From assembly GCA_026397115.1 (NCBI GenBank), contig JAPLVM010000005.1:1-34078 (forward strand): a stretch of 34,078 nt of DNA, written 5' to 3'. Of the stretch, positions 10,480 through 20,746 are shown piece by piece. The position numbers were made by a program, and so were the translations under genes. Within the stretch, counting starts at the first letter, position 1. Every line of letters starts with the position of its first letter. Under the pieces are notes generated by a model. That model saw only the letters and a list, made by a program, of their open reading frames with translations. It was not told the DNA's origin and did no database searches. The DNA is from Patescibacteria group bacterium (GTDB lineage Bacteria > Patescibacteriota > Gracilibacteria > JAPLVM01).

Positions 10480-11004
10480 ATGGCTATCTTAAGAGCAAGG
10501 AAGGAAGAACAGCTTACAAAACTGGAAAAGGGGCTAACTGAGGCCAAGGGTATTGTATTTTCCGGATATCGTGGCTTAACGGTTGGACAGATATCTGATT
10601 TTCGTAGCCAGCTTAAGAAAAATAATGCTGATTATATTGTCGCGAAAAAGACACTAATTCGTAAAGCTTGTGAAAAAATAGGAGTAACAAATATTAATAA
10701 TGAAATTCTTGATGGACCAGTAGGAATTGCTTTTAGCTATTTGGATGAGGTTACTGCGGCGCGCGTATCAAACCAATTTGCGAAAAAAAATAAGGCGCTG
10801 GTTCTTATGGGCGGAATTATGAATGGTTCTATTTTATCTGCAACAGCGGTCAAAAGCCTAGCAACATTACCAAGTCTAAATGAACTTCGTGCGCAGGTTC
10901 TTAGCGGGTTTATTTCGCCTATCCGCGGTTTTGCTTGCACACTAAATGGTGTTACCAGTAATTTTGTTAGGGTTCTAAGCGCTATTTGTACGCAAAAGTC
11001 TTAA
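10480..11004 (+). CDS. rplJ: 50S ribosomal protein L10
   Basis: YRGLTV, KKTLI and LATLPS motifs; upstream of rplL. Confidence 0.96.
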   Translation: MAILRARKEEQLTKLEKGLTEAKGIVFSGYRGLTVGQISDFRSQLKKNNADYIVAKKTLIRKACEKIGVTNINNEILDGPVGIAFSYLDEVTAARVSNQFAKKNKALVLMGGIMNGSILSATAVKSLATLPSLNELRAQVLSGFISPIRGFACTLNGVTSNFVRVLSAICTQKS

Positions 11005-11044
11005 TTAGAAAATTATTTTTATTTTTATTTTTAATTATTCAAAA

Positions 11045-11452
11045 ATGGCTGAGGAAAATCTACCAACTCTTTCCAAGGATGCTGAAAAAGTAATGGAAAT
11101 AGTTGAAAAAATGTCTGTTCTAGAGCTTGCTGATTTGGTTAAAGTTCTGGAAAATAAATTCGGTGTAAGCGCTGCCGCTCCTGTCGCAGTAGCTGCTGGT
11201 GCACAAGCTGGAGGCGACGATGCTGCTCTTGTTGAGGAAAAATCAACATTCGACATAGAACTTACAGACGCTGGATCCAACAAGATTGCAGTTATTAAGG
11301 CAATCCGCGAAATCACAGGCCTTGGACTTGGTGAGGCTAAGACTGCGGCTGAATCTGCACCAAAGATTCTGAAGCAAGGCGTGAAAAAGCCAGAGGCTGA
11401 GGAAATTCAAAAGAAATTCTCAGAGGCTGGCGCAAAAGTAAGTTTAAAGTAA
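11045..11452 (+). CDS. rplL: 50S ribosomal protein L7/L12
   Basis: [20 protein letters not shown] hinge, [27 protein letters not shown]. Confidence 0.98.
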   Translation: MAEENLPTLSKDAEKVMEIVEKMSVLELADLVKVLENKFGVSAAAPVAVAAGAQAGGDDAALVEEKSTFDIELTDAGSNKIAVIKAIREITGLGLGEAKTAAESAPKILKQGVKKPEAEEIQKKFSEAGAKVSLK

Positions 11453-11488
11453 GGTTTTGGCTATAAAACAACATTTGTGATAAAGGCC

Positions 11489-11869
11489 CTACTCAAGTAG
11501 GGCCTTTATTTTATCAAACCAGCGAGCTGCAGTTGGTGGTGGCCCCTCTTTTAAGATAAAGAACTTAGCTGGAATTTTTTGATGAACCCCGTGCAAGCGC
11601 AAAACTTGCAAATTGAAATAAAAAGTGGCTCCACAATCATCGATTTCCTTCATGCTAAACGTAGAAACCGTATCAACTAAAAATAGGGGCAAACCTCGCA
11701 TGGCTTCAATATAATTTTCTGCACGCCACCTTGCTTCGTCACATAATTTAAAAATTTCTTCTTCTGGCTTTGGCTCAACTAAAGACCGCTCTCGAAAATT
11801 AGTTGAAACTAGACCATACCTTGCCAGCATTGCTTCTTGCTCTGATGTTAATATTGATATTGTGTTCAT
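11489..11869 (-). CDS. Hypothetical protein (126 aa)
   Basis: Fills the rplL-prfA gap; preceded by AGGAGG and a TTGACA box at 11909-11914. No family recognised. Confidence 0.7.
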   Translation of the reverse strand: MNTISILTSEQEAMLARYGLVSTNFRERSLVEPKPEEEIFKLCDEARWRAENYIEAMRGLPLFLVDTVSTFSMKEIDDCGATFYFNLQVLRLHGVHQKIPAKFFILKEGPPPTAARWFDKIKALLE

Positions 11870-11918
11870 CGTTCCTCCTGCAAATATTCAAACACGCGGC
11901 TGTAATTCTGTCAATGCT

Positions 11919-11947
11919 TTGCAATTTTTTTACACCTCATTTAAAAT
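11919..11947 (+). promoter_or_regulatory. Sigma70 promoter upstream of prfA
   Basis: TTGCAA-N17-TAAAAT. Confidence 0.6.
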
Positions 11948-11972
11948 AACTTCGCTTCAGAATTGATTTATT

Positions 11973-13037
11973 TTGTCACCTGTGCAAGATCAAGCCAAAA
12001 AAATCGTTGATGAATACAAAACATTGCAGGCTGAGCTTACGCAGCCAGAGGTCATAAGTAATCAGCGGCTTTTTATAGAAAAAAGTAAAGCACTGGCCAT
12101 ATTGCAAAAGCAATTTATCATTGCTCAAAAATTTCTAGATACAACAAATCAGCTTGATGAAGCTCAAAAAATCAAGAATGACCCTGAGCTACAAGAACTT
12201 GCAAACATTGAAATTGAAGACCTAAAAAAAAAATTAGACGAAATAAACGCTGAAATGAAAAAAGCTTTGGTGCCAATTGACCCTGATGATCAAAATAATG
12301 CGATTATAGAAATTCGTGCTGCTGCTGGCGGAGAAGAATCATCCCTTTTTGCCAACGAATTACTGCGATTATATCTACGTTTTTGCGAGAAGCATAATTT
12401 TAAAACGGAAATCTTTAATCATCATGAAACAGAGGCTGGCGGCACAAAAGAGGTAGTTTTTGCCATACGCGGTAATGAAGCGTTTGGATCTTTGAAATTT
12501 GAGGCTGGAGTACATCGCGTTCAGCGAATACCTGAAACCGAGGCAAAGGGGCGAGTCCATACTTCAACATGTACAGTTGCTGTACTTCCTGAATTGGAAA
12601 ATATAGCAGAAATAGAAATTAACCCTCAAGACTTAAAGATTGATACATATAGAGCTTCTGGAGCGGGCGGACAGCATGTAAACAAAACTGAGTCAGCAGT
12701 ACGCATAACGCATATACCAAGCGGTCTTATCGTGGCTTGCCAAGATGGAAGATCACAAATGTCCAATAAGGAAAAGGCAATGCAAGTATTGAGCTCAAAA
12801 CTGTATCAGGCGGAAAAGGAAAAACGAGCTCAAAAAGAAGGATCTGCAAGGTCATCGCAAGTCGGATCTGGCGAAAGAGCTGAAAAAATCCGCACATATA
12901 ATTTTCCGCAAGACCGAGTTACAGATCACAGACTTGGACAAAATTTCTCCAATATACCAGGGATTATGGATGGAGAAATAGATAAGATTATAACAGCGCT
13001 AAAAGAATGGCATGCACAAATATTAATGAATCAATAA
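11973..13037 (+). CDS. prfA: Peptide chain release factor 1
   Basis: GGQ motif and PxT (PET) stop-codon recognition tripeptide. The start is uncertain (TTG 11973 or GTG 11982). Confidence 0.96.
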   Translation: MSPVQDQAKKIVDEYKTLQAELTQPEVISNQRLFIEKSKALAILQKQFIIAQKFLDTTNQLDEAQKIKNDPELQELANIEIEDLKKKLDEINAEMKKALVPIDPDDQNNAIIEIRAAAGGEESSLFANELLRLYLRFCEKHNFKTEIFNHHETEAGGTKEVVFAIRGNEAFGSLKFEAGVHRVQRIPETEAKGRVHTSTCTVAVLPELENIAEIEINPQDLKIDTYRASGAGGQHVNKTESAVRITHIPSGLIVACQDGRSQMSNKEKAMQVLSSKLYQAEKEKRAQKEGSARSSQVGSGERAEKIRTYNFPQDRVTDHRLGQNFSNIPGIMDGEIDKIITALKEWHAQILMNQ

Positions 13038-13060
13038 AACTTATATTTAAACTTATATCA

Positions 13061-13882
13061 ATGTCAGAATACACACAAATAACTCGCCAAATTGATCAAA
13101 ATATTGATCTCACTACTCTTCCGGAAACAGTCAAGCTTGAGTGGGAAAATGTGCTTAAAAAACAAGTCGAACTTTTAAGAGACAAGGACAACCAAGAGGA
13201 GCTTGCTGTCGCATCTATTTATCTGCTCATCTTTTCTGTCAAAACAAAACTTATCACAGAAGAAGAGCATATTGGACAAGAATATGAGCTAATTAAAAAG
13301 GCATTTTTGGAAACAGAGCGAGAATATCACAAACAAGCAAAAGAAAATTCCACTGGTCAGAGCAAAAAGGCTATTTTTAATCAAATGCTTTATTTTTACA
13401 AAATTGCTGAGTTTTATATTACATATTTGGAAAAAACATTAAAACTGTTTTCATTCGATGCTGTAGCCAATGAAGTCTCGCTGGACAAAATTCATTTCCT
13501 TCAAAAGCAAGAACTTTTAGAAGGTAACGTTAGAAAATTTTTCGCATATAGCAGACTATCTTTTACGATTTTCCTCAAAAAATACATGTTTTTATATGCG
13601 CTGCTTAGCGGCGTTGGAATAGTTTTATTTTGGCACGGCATATGGGGACTTAGCGATAAAGTTATAGAAAAATTTGGCGCGGGTGACTATGTACTTCCAT
13701 ACTTGATTACAACAATTATCGGTATTGCCTTACTTTATATCTTAGGCGTATTTCTAAACCAAACAGTTGGCGACCAAGATAAACTTAAAGATCTTGAGGA
13801 CATTGAAATAAAGGAAATATCAGAACTTAAAACAATTGAAAAAGTAATGGGTAAAAAATCCAAAAAAAGTCTTTGGATTTAA
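13061..13882 (+). CDS. Hypothetical membrane protein (helical N-terminus, two C-terminal TM helices)
   Basis: Two hydrophobic segments around GIVLFWHGIWGLSD; ATG 13061 avoids overlap with prfA. Confidence 0.8.
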   Translation: MSEYTQITRQIDQNIDLTTLPETVKLEWENVLKKQVELLRDKDNQEELAVASIYLLIFSVKTKLITEEEHIGQEYELIKKAFLETEREYHKQAKENSTGQSKKAIFNQMLYFYKIAEFYITYLEKTLKLFSFDAVANEVSLDKIHFLQKQELLEGNVRKFFAYSRLSFTIFLKKYMFLYALLSGVGIVLFWHGIWGLSDKVIEKFGAGDYVLPYLITTIIGIALLYILGVFLNQTVGDQDKLKDLEDIEIKEISELKTIEKVMGKKSKKSLWI

Positions 13883-13939
13883 CAAGTAAATCATGATCTT
13901 ATTTCTTTTAAACAAGGTTTTTGCAATATAAATCATAAG

Positions 13940-15688
13940 ATGGTTGATCCAATTGCTGAAATTAAAGCAAAAATATCTATTCTAGATGTTGTTTCAGAGA
14001 AAATCCAACTTAAAAAGGCTGGAAGGCTTTGGAAAGGTCTTTGTCCTTGGCATAAAGAAAAAACGCCGAGTTTTACTGTATCGCCAGATAAGGAAATGTG
14101 TTATTGCTTCGGTTGCCATCGCGGAGGTGATATTTTTACGTTTATACAAGATACTGAAAATGTTGATTTTAAGGGTGCTTTGGAAATATTGGCTGAAAGA
14201 GCTGGCGTGAAACTGCATAAAGAAGCGCCAGAAAAAGCTGATATGCGTAAGAAAATGTTTTTAGTTAATCAGCTTGCTGCAGATTGGTTTCATTTGCAAT
14301 TAATGCAAAGTGAAAATGCCGAACCTGCCAGAAACTACTTGGCTAGACGTAAAATCAGTAAAGAGGCAATTGAGCATTTTTACTTGGGATGGGCACCAGA
14401 TAGCTGGGATGCTCTTTTAAACTATTTGAAGGGCCAAGAAATAGAAAATCAACTTTTGTCGCAAAGTGGACTTATGAAGCTGAGGGAATCATCAGCTGAT
14501 GAATATTATGATTTATTTCGTGCACGATTGATGTTTCCTGTACGCAATAGCGCAGGCAAGATAATCGCCTTTTCAGGCCGCGTCTTAGACGACTCTTTGC
14601 CAAAGTATGTAAATTCACCAGAAACTTTCTTGTATAAGAAGCAAAATGAGTTATTTCATTTTAGCGATGCGAAAAAAGCAATTGTTGAAAAGGATCAGGC
14701 AGTAATTGTTGAAGGTAATGTTGATGTTGTGGCGAGCTGGGAGGCCAAAGCTGAAAACGTTGTTGCACCTCTTGGCACAGCATTAACGCAAACTCAGCTT
14801 GAGATAATTTTAAGATTAACTAAAAATCTTGTTTTTGCTTTTGACGCTGACTTGGCTGGGCAAAAGGCAACCCGTAAATCAGTTGAGCTTGCTTTGCAAT
14901 TAGGTGGAAATGTCAAAATAGTTAAGATACCAGGGCAAAGCGATCCTGATGATATTGTGCGAAAAGAAGGTGCTGAAAAATGGCAATTAATGATTAGTCA
15001 AGCAACTCAATGGTTTGATTTTTTTGTGGAAAAAGCAAAAAATGAAATTGGTTTGGCTAGACCTGAAGACAAGAAAAAATTTGCTGAAAATATACTGTCT
15101 CTCGTGAGGCTAGTGAATTCCCCTGTTGAGCAAGAAAGCTACTTGGATGAATTGTCTAAAATACTGAACATAAGTCGAGAAGCTCTTAAGCGCGAGATGA
15201 CGCAGGTCAAATCACCTGAGGCTGAAATCAGGCAAGCTCAGCATCCAGGCTTATCAAAAAAGCAGAAAACAATAGAAGACTATTTCTTTGGTCTGATATT
15301 AGCCTTTCCAAAAATCTTTGAAAAATGCGCTTTGGAGCTTGATAAAATTAATTTTACTGATAATCAACATAAAAAATTTGCGAAATTAATAGCTGAATGC
15401 TATTCTGCTAACGCAGTTTGTGATTTAAGCAAGGTTTCGCAAGCCCTAGAGCACGAAGATCAAGAGTATTTGAACCAGAATTCATTTTTTGCTTCAGAGA
15501 AATATAGTACTATGAATGAAAAGAAAATTGGTGAAGAAATGAAATCCTTGTATCAAAATCTGTATCGGAAATACTGCAAAAATACTCGCTCAGAAATATT
15601 GAATCAACTGCAAGAGGCTAAATCTCGCGGCGATGATAAAATGGAGGAAGCTGCGCGTAAAAGGCTTGACGAATTACTACATAGTTAA
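13940..15688 (+). CDS. dnaG: DNA primase
   Basis: CPWH..KTPSF...CFGC zinc finger, KYVNSPET, and the TOPRIM motifs VEGNVD and FDADLAG. Confidence 0.97.
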   Translation: MVDPIAEIKAKISILDVVSEKIQLKKAGRLWKGLCPWHKEKTPSFTVSPDKEMCYCFGCHRGGDIFTFIQDTENVDFKGALEILAERAGVKLHKEAPEKADMRKKMFLVNQLAADWFHLQLMQSENAEPARNYLARRKISKEAIEHFYLGWAPDSWDALLNYLKGQEIENQLLSQSGLMKLRESSADEYYDLFRARLMFPVRNSAGKIIAFSGRVLDDSLPKYVNSPETFLYKKQNELFHFSDAKKAIVEKDQAVIVEGNVDVVASWEAKAENVVAPLGTALTQTQLEIILRLTKNLVFAFDADLAGQKATRKSVELALQLGGNVKIVKIPGQSDPDDIVRKEGAEKWQLMISQATQWFDFFVEKAKNEIGLARPEDKKKFAENILSLVRLVNSPVEQESYLDELSKILNISREALKREMTQVKSPEAEIRQAQHPGLSKKQKTIEDYFFGLILAFPKIFEKCALELDKINFTDNQHKKFAKLIAECYSANAVCDLSKVSQALEHEDQEYLNQNSFFASEKYSTMNEKKIGEEMKSLYQNLYRKYCKNTRSEILNQLQEAKSRGDDKMEEAARKRLDELLHS

Positions 15689-15732
15689 ATTTTTCTAAAG
15701 TTATAAATATATACAAGTTTTAATTTACTACA

Positions 15733-16908
15733 TTGGCTAAGAAAAAACCTCCAGTTAACGATCCTTATACCAGTTTACGAAAATTTCCAGCAGAAGTACA
15801 AAAACTTATTTTGAAAGGTCGCGAACAGCGCTTTTTAACGCAGCAAGAGCTTCTTCAAGTCTTACCAGACATTGAAGATAATCTTGAGATGGTTGATGAG
15901 CTTTATGACACGTTATTTCAATATGGTATTGAGATAGTTGAGCATGGTAAGCATTTTCAGGCGTCTGGATTTACAGGAGATGACGATGATGATGAGCTAT
16001 CTGTTGGGGAGACCCATCGCCGCAAGCTTAAGAAAAAGAAAGATCCTGATGCGGAAGCTAGCTTGTCAGAATTATCATCAGATCATATTCGCATGTATTT
16101 ATCTGAAATCGGACGTGTAAAACTGCTTACTCAAGATGAAGAAATTGAGCTAGCTAAAAAGATTGCACGTGGTGATATGGCAGCCAAGCAGCAGCTCATG
16201 GAAGCAAATTTAAGGCTTGTCATTTCTATTGCGAAAAAATATATGAATCGCGGATTGTCTTTCTTGGATCTGATTCAAGAAGGCAACGTAGGATTATGGC
16301 GTGCTGTTGAAAAATTTGATCCTGATAAAGGCTTTAAGTTTTCAACATATGCCACATGGTGGATCCGTCAGGCAGTAACAAGGGCTATTGCAGACCAAGC
16401 ACGTACCATACGCATCCCAGTACATATGGTCGAGATCATTAACAAGTTCAAACATACTTATCGTCGTTTGACGCAAGAGCTTGGTCGTGAGCCAACAGCC
16501 TCTGAAATGGCGGCTGAGCTTGGCATGGAATTATCAAAAGTCGAGCATATAATGAAAATATCTCAAGAGACAGTATCTCTTGAAGCGCCAATTGGTTCAT
16601 CAGGCGACGAGTCATCTTTGCAAGACTTTATTCCTGATGAGGATTCGCAATCCCCCGCAGAAGATACAAGAAGGCAGTTGCTTAAAGAAGATGTTAAAGA
16701 GCTTTTAAATTATCTTTCACCAAGAGAACGTAAAATCATTGAAATGCGTTTTGGTCTTAAAAATGGCGTTGCTCATACGCTTGAAGAGGTTGGCGCTGAA
16801 TTTAGCGTTACTAGAGAGCGTATAAGGCAGATTGAAGCCAAAGTACTTGAAAAACTTTACCATCATCCAAAATCAGCCAAGCTCAGATATGGAATGGATG
16901 GATCATAG
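15733..16908 (+). CDS. rpoD: Primary RNA polymerase sigma factor
   Basis: [32 protein letters not shown] and TRERIRQIE; follows dnaG; TTG start. Confidence 0.97.
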   Translation: MAKKKPPVNDPYTSLRKFPAEVQKLILKGREQRFLTQQELLQVLPDIEDNLEMVDELYDTLFQYGIEIVEHGKHFQASGFTGDDDDDELSVGETHRRKLKKKKDPDAEASLSELSSDHIRMYLSEIGRVKLLTQDEEIELAKKIARGDMAAKQQLMEANLRLVISIAKKYMNRGLSFLDLIQEGNVGLWRAVEKFDPDKGFKFSTYATWWIRQAVTRAIADQARTIRIPVHMVEIINKFKHTYRRLTQELGREPTASEMAAELGMELSKVEHIMKISQETVSLEAPIGSSGDESSLQDFIPDEDSQSPAEDTRRQLLKEDVKELLNYLSPRERKIIEMRFGLKNGVAHTLEEVGAEFSVTRERIRQIEAKVLEKLYHHPKSAKLRYGMDGS

Positions 16909-16948
16909 ATTGGTTGCTGACTGCTAGTTTTTTAAGCTTTTGCCGAGA

Positions 16949-17674
16949 TCAATACCTTTTCTCAATGTCAATCTCTTCGATTTCAGGGACTTCAATTTTT
17001 TTGTTAATTTCGTCCTCTTTATCTGAAGAAAAACTACCATAATATTGCTGATCATTGTTCAAGGCGTGCGCATTAGCATTTTCAAGCGCAATCTCCTCGC
17101 CTACCCTTCGCGTGACCTCTTCGACTTCTTGTTCTTTATCCTCACTAAAACTACGATCACGAGCATCAACAATATATCTTTTTGCATCATGAGGATGGGG
17201 AATATTATTTATCGTGAAAACAATATTATCAGACTTATTAGCCACAGTTAAATGTCCAAGCTGAAATAAATTGTCTAGAAATGTAGATTGCTCAGCCTGA
17301 GCATCTTCAACTTGGCGCAAGTTCATTTCTTTTGTAATTCTTCCAAACATGCCTATTTGCTCGAAAGAAAGGAGCCGTCTATTTGTAACCACAAAAACAT
17401 CAAGGAGCTGATCCATCCATTCAATCATTCTGCCCAAATAATATCCAGACAAAGCCAATGAAGCAATTCCAAAGATAATTAATGATAAAGATCTCGGAAA
17501 ATCAAATGGATTTATGTAAAGAAGCCAAATTATCGCTGCATAAATAATTCCGGTTAAAATTATTTTTAATAAAATAGGCACTTCTACAAGCCAGTGCTTG
17601 CTAATTAATTCTTTTACAATTTCACCTTCTTGCCGACCAGGAAAGCTGATATTTTCCAAATTTCGATCTGTCAT
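16949..17674 (-). CDS. Membrane protein with a probable bacterial PH-like domain
   Basis: Two TM helices followed by VVTNRRL...GMFGR...L..VED......LF.LG.L.V, a pattern typical of bPH-type domains. Confidence 0.7.
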   Translation of the reverse strand: MTDRNLENISFPGRQEGEIVKELISKHWLVEVPILLKIILTGIIYAAIIWLLYINPFDFPRSLSLIIFGIASLALSGYYLGRMIEWMDQLLDVFVVTNRRLLSFEQIGMFGRITKEMNLRQVEDAQAEQSTFLDNLFQLGHLTVANKSDNIVFTINNIPHPHDAKRYIVDARDRSFSEDKEQEVEEVTRRVGEEIALENANAHALNNDQQYYGSFSSDKEDEINKKIEVPEIEEIDIEKRY

Positions 17675-18534
17675 TGCGCAAGATAAAATTTTTCATATCG
17701 ACCAATAACAGCGAAGCTTATCAGAAATATAACTGCTAAGAGCGCTATGGGCCAGTCAAGAAGTATAAACCATTGATAATATAAGCTTGGGAGAGGCTGT
17801 ATGACTCGCATAGCCATCAAAAAACTTTGAATTATGCCGAGCAAAACAAGCCATGAGAAAGATGAAATATAAACCGATTGTATGAAAGTATTTATTTTGC
17901 TCCAAATTTTAACAAGATGCGGAATTTCCAAAATTACAAACAGCCCACCTAAAACAACCAGCAGCCATACAAATAATGCGCTATCACGCGTTTCTTGCGC
18001 AATCTCAGCTGGAGGAAAAAGAGGATAAAAAGTAGCTAATTTACTATAAAAATAGTAAAGCGCATAGATAAAAAATAACCAGTAAATAAAGCTCTTAACA
18101 TCTAAAAAGATTCTTTGAACAAGCGGACGACCTGCGTGATCAATCCCCTGTTTCTTTTTATCTAAAGCACGTCGTAAAATAGCTTCTGCCGCGTTCACTT
18201 CCCTATCTTCGGTTTTCTTAAATACTTGCTCTTGCCCCAAAATAGTAATCTCATTGAGACCAAACTCATTGCGAAGCCTAGTTTCAGCAGTTAAAGAATC
18301 TGGGGCATCAATAGTCCCTTGTATTTCTTGCCCATCAACCTTGTGGCCTTTGAATGTAAAAGAGAAAACTGGTCCTCGAGGCTCTTTGTAAGTTGTTGAT
18401 GTAGTTTCTAACCTTGTAATTTCCAAACCGAGCTTGGCTAAATCAACGCGAGCTTCATCTTCTGACACAGCATCGATCATACCGCTTGATTCTTTGCCAT
18501 CGCTATTTTTTGCATAATAATAAAAATGAGGCAT
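17671..18534 (-). CDS. Membrane protein with two tandem PilC/GspF N-terminal-like domains and about four TM helices
   Basis: MPHFYYYAKNSDGKESSGMIDAVSEDEARVDLAKLGL and FTFKGHKVDGQEIQGTIDAPDSLTAETRLRNEFGL; hydrophobic C-terminal half; ATGA overlap with the downstream gene. Confidence 0.65.
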   Translation of the reverse strand: MPHFYYYAKNSDGKESSGMIDAVSEDEARVDLAKLGLEITRLETTSTTYKEPRGPVFSFTFKGHKVDGQEIQGTIDAPDSLTAETRLRNEFGLNEITILGQEQVFKKTEDREVNAAEAILRRALDKKKQGIDHAGRPLVQRIFLDVKSFIYWLFFIYALYYFYSKLATFYPLFPPAEIAQETRDSALFVWLLVVLGGLFVILEIPHLVKIWSKINTFIQSVYISSFSWLVLLGIIQSFLMAMRVIQPLPSLYYQWFILLDWPIALLAVIFLISFAVIGRYEKFYLAQ

Positions 18535-18611
18535 AATGAAGTTATAAATAGACAATCTGACAAATGTATTTTAACGATTTAACAAGTAAAAGGCAAAATT
18601 AGGCGAACGCT

Positions 18612-18640
18612 TTGACTTTCGCGCGTCTATTTCATAAAAT
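18612..18640 (+). promoter_or_regulatory. Sigma70 promoter of tRNA-Lys
   Basis: TTGACT-N17-TAAAAT. Confidence 0.75.
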
Positions 18641-18670
18641 TTCAGGGTAGCGAAGTAACATAGCAATCTT

Positions 18671-18746
18671 GGGTGATTAGCTCAGTCGGTAGAGCAGTGG
18701 CCTTTTAAGCCATTGGTCCAGGGTTCGAGTCCCTGATCACCCACCA
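18671..18746 (+). tRNA. tRNA-Lys(UUU)
   Basis: GGGTGAT...ATCACCC-A-CCA acceptor, anticodon arm GTGGC-CTTTTAA-GCCAT and GGTTCGAGTCC T-arm; 76 nt. Confidence 0.97.
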
Positions 18747-20377
18747 TTGATAGCAGATTTGGCATCTTTTTTGCCATCTTTCGGCTTTTTCAAGCTGTTT
18801 TCGGGTTCGACCACTACCACTTCATCCTTAGCGATAGGCTGGGCGAACCGAAAATTTACTTTGACTTGTATTTGATTGTCAGTCTCGGTTACATAAACAC
18901 GATCCACAAGGGTATCAACCAAGATGCGTTTTTGCTCAAAAGTCAGCTTGCTTAAATCTTGCTCAAATTGGCTGGCATAATCTTTTATGATACTTTTAGC
19001 CATCTGAGCCTGTGTAAGCCTAAATAAGGTCGTTTCTGTCTCTCCTAAGCGTTTCTTTGACCTATCAATTTTTTGCTCATATCTTCTTATATTCTCGTCT
19101 TTTCTTTCCTCGCTGGTTTTACCTCGATAATATGCGTCCTCAGCACTTATGATTGCTTCCTCCATATCTTCAATATTATCGGTTAAATTCTGCTTTTCTT
19201 TAACCAGTCTTTTTATTTCTTGCAATGAGACATTTTGTTCTTGATATTTTCGATAAAAAACATCGGGCTTGTCCAGTAAAAGCAAAATTTCATCCCAAAC
19301 AAATTTATCAATTGCTTCGGCTGGCATTTCGAGGTTCTTATATTTTTTACCGTCAGGATCAATAAAACCTTTCCTGCGATAGCCAAATCCACCTTTTTCT
19401 CTGGGATAGCCAACAAATGATCTACCTGTTTCAATATCAGTAATTTTGTGTCCCAAGAGATATTTATTATTCCCGCCGCCTCTTTGACTTTTTTCTCCGG
19501 AAAGTTCCATAGCGCGCGCTTGTGCGGCTTCAAAGAGCACTTCATCAACTGTTTTTCTAATTTTATGCTCAATTTCTACGACTTCTCCATCCGCGTCCTT
19601 AATCTTGTATGATTTCGAACCCTTGTAAATCGGATTAGTAAGAATAGTCTTTACACCGCCACCATTCCACTCTGGCTTTTTGCTACGATGATTATGCTTG
19701 CCTTTTGGTATTCCTAATTCTGTCAGTTCTCTGGCAATCTGAGCGTAATTAAGACGCTTATAAACACACCATTCAAAAATCATTTTCACTACCTCTTGCT
19801 CTTTTGGAATGGGCGATAATTTTTGACCCTTCTCGCCCTTGCTTTTAACCTTGGTAAAGCCATAAGGAATACCAGCACCAATATAATTTCCAGCTCGAGC
19901 GGCGGCTAATTTGCCTTCGGCAGTTCTAGCCTTGATTGTTTCGCGCTCAAATTCTGCCAATGCACCAAATATCTGAAAGGTTAAACGGCCAATCGGACCA
20001 GTAAAGTCTATATTTTCCCTTAACGATGAAAAGCTGACATCATTACTCTGCAAAATCTCAAATACCTCTAGCAAATGAGTTAAATTGCGTGATAACCTGT
20101 CTATTTTCCAAACCAACACTACATCTATTTCCTTGTTCTTAGCCAATCCCATCATTCGATTAAAACCGCCTCGATTGAGATGTTTACCTGTAATGCCTTC
20201 GTCTGTAAATTCCCATTCTTTTTTAGTATACCAACCAAAATAATCACTTCTATATTCAATATGCCTTTGTAAAGCCTCGCGTTGATATTCGATGCCATAG
20301 CCTTCTTTCGCTTGTTCCTCAGTAGATACTCGTAAATAAATGGCAACCCTCACGGAATTATTAGAAGCTTTTTCCAT
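18737..20377 (-). CDS. Large serine recombinase (integrase)
   Basis: YLRVST catalytic Ser, KIDRLSR, LAEFERETIKART, PYGF recombinase-domain start, coiled coil and C-terminal KR.LV..LVDRV.V. The stop codon lies within the antisense of tRNA-Lys. Confidence 0.93.
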   Translation of the reverse strand: MEKASNNSVRVAIYLRVSTEEQAKEGYGIEYQREALQRHIEYRSDYFGWYTKKEWEFTDEGITGKHLNRGGFNRMMGLAKNKEIDVVLVWKIDRLSRNLTHLLEVFEILQSNDVSFSSLRENIDFTGPIGRLTFQIFGALAEFERETIKARTAEGKLAAARAGNYIGAGIPYGFTKVKSKGEKGQKLSPIPKEQEVVKMIFEWCVYKRLNYAQIARELTELGIPKGKHNHRSKKPEWNGGGVKTILTNPIYKGSKSYKIKDADGEVVEIEHKIRKTVDEVLFEAAQARAMELSGEKSQRGGGNNKYLLGHKITDIETGRSFVGYPREKGGFGYRRKGFIDPDGKKYKNLEMPAEAIDKFVWDEILLLLDKPDVFYRKYQEQNVSLQEIKRLVKEKQNLTDNIEDMEEAIISAEDAYYRGKTSEERKDENIRRYEQKIDRSKKRLGETETTLFRLTQAQMAKSIIKDYASQFEQDLSKLTFEQKRILVDTLVDRVYVTETDNQIQVKVNFRFAQPIAKDEVVVVEPENSLKKPKDGKKDAKSAINGG

Positions 20378-20468
20378 AGAAATCAATAAATTATCTGCCG
20401 ATATTTTAACCTATCTGATTTTAAATATCTATATATTTAAATGTAACCTAAGATTACTCTAAAAAATT

Positions 20469-20654
20469 CTATTTTGTTTTAATGATTGCTTTATCAAAAA
20501 ATCCCCACCCAGCAAGAGCTCGGGTGAGCTCACTATAAATAGCATCATTAACCTTTTGATCTTCGATAAAATTGGCGGAAACAACTATTTTCTTTTTTCG
20601 CTTACCTTTTGGAGGTATTATGATTTGATGCTGAGGTTTCTGATCTTCCACCAT
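20469..20654 (-). CDS. Small basic hypothetical protein (61 aa) upstream of the integrase
   Basis: ATG-started ORF co-oriented with the integrase, with its own promoter-like sequence upstream. Confidence 0.6.
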   Translation of the reverse strand: MVEDQKPQHQIIIPPKGKRKKKIVVSANFIEDQKVNDAIYSELTRALAGWGFFDKAIIKTK

Positions 20655-20668
20655 TTATTCTGTTCACT

Positions 20669-20690
20669 AAAAAAGCTCCCTCTTGGGAGC
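20669..20690 (-). terminator. Intrinsic terminator or attenuator upstream of the 61-aa ORF
   Basis: The minus strand reads GCTCCC-AAGA-GGGAGC-TTTTTT. Confidence 0.6.
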
Positions 20691-20746
20691 GCAATGCGCG
20701 AGCATTTTAACAATATGAAAGATTTTAATCTAAGCTAAATAAGGGG

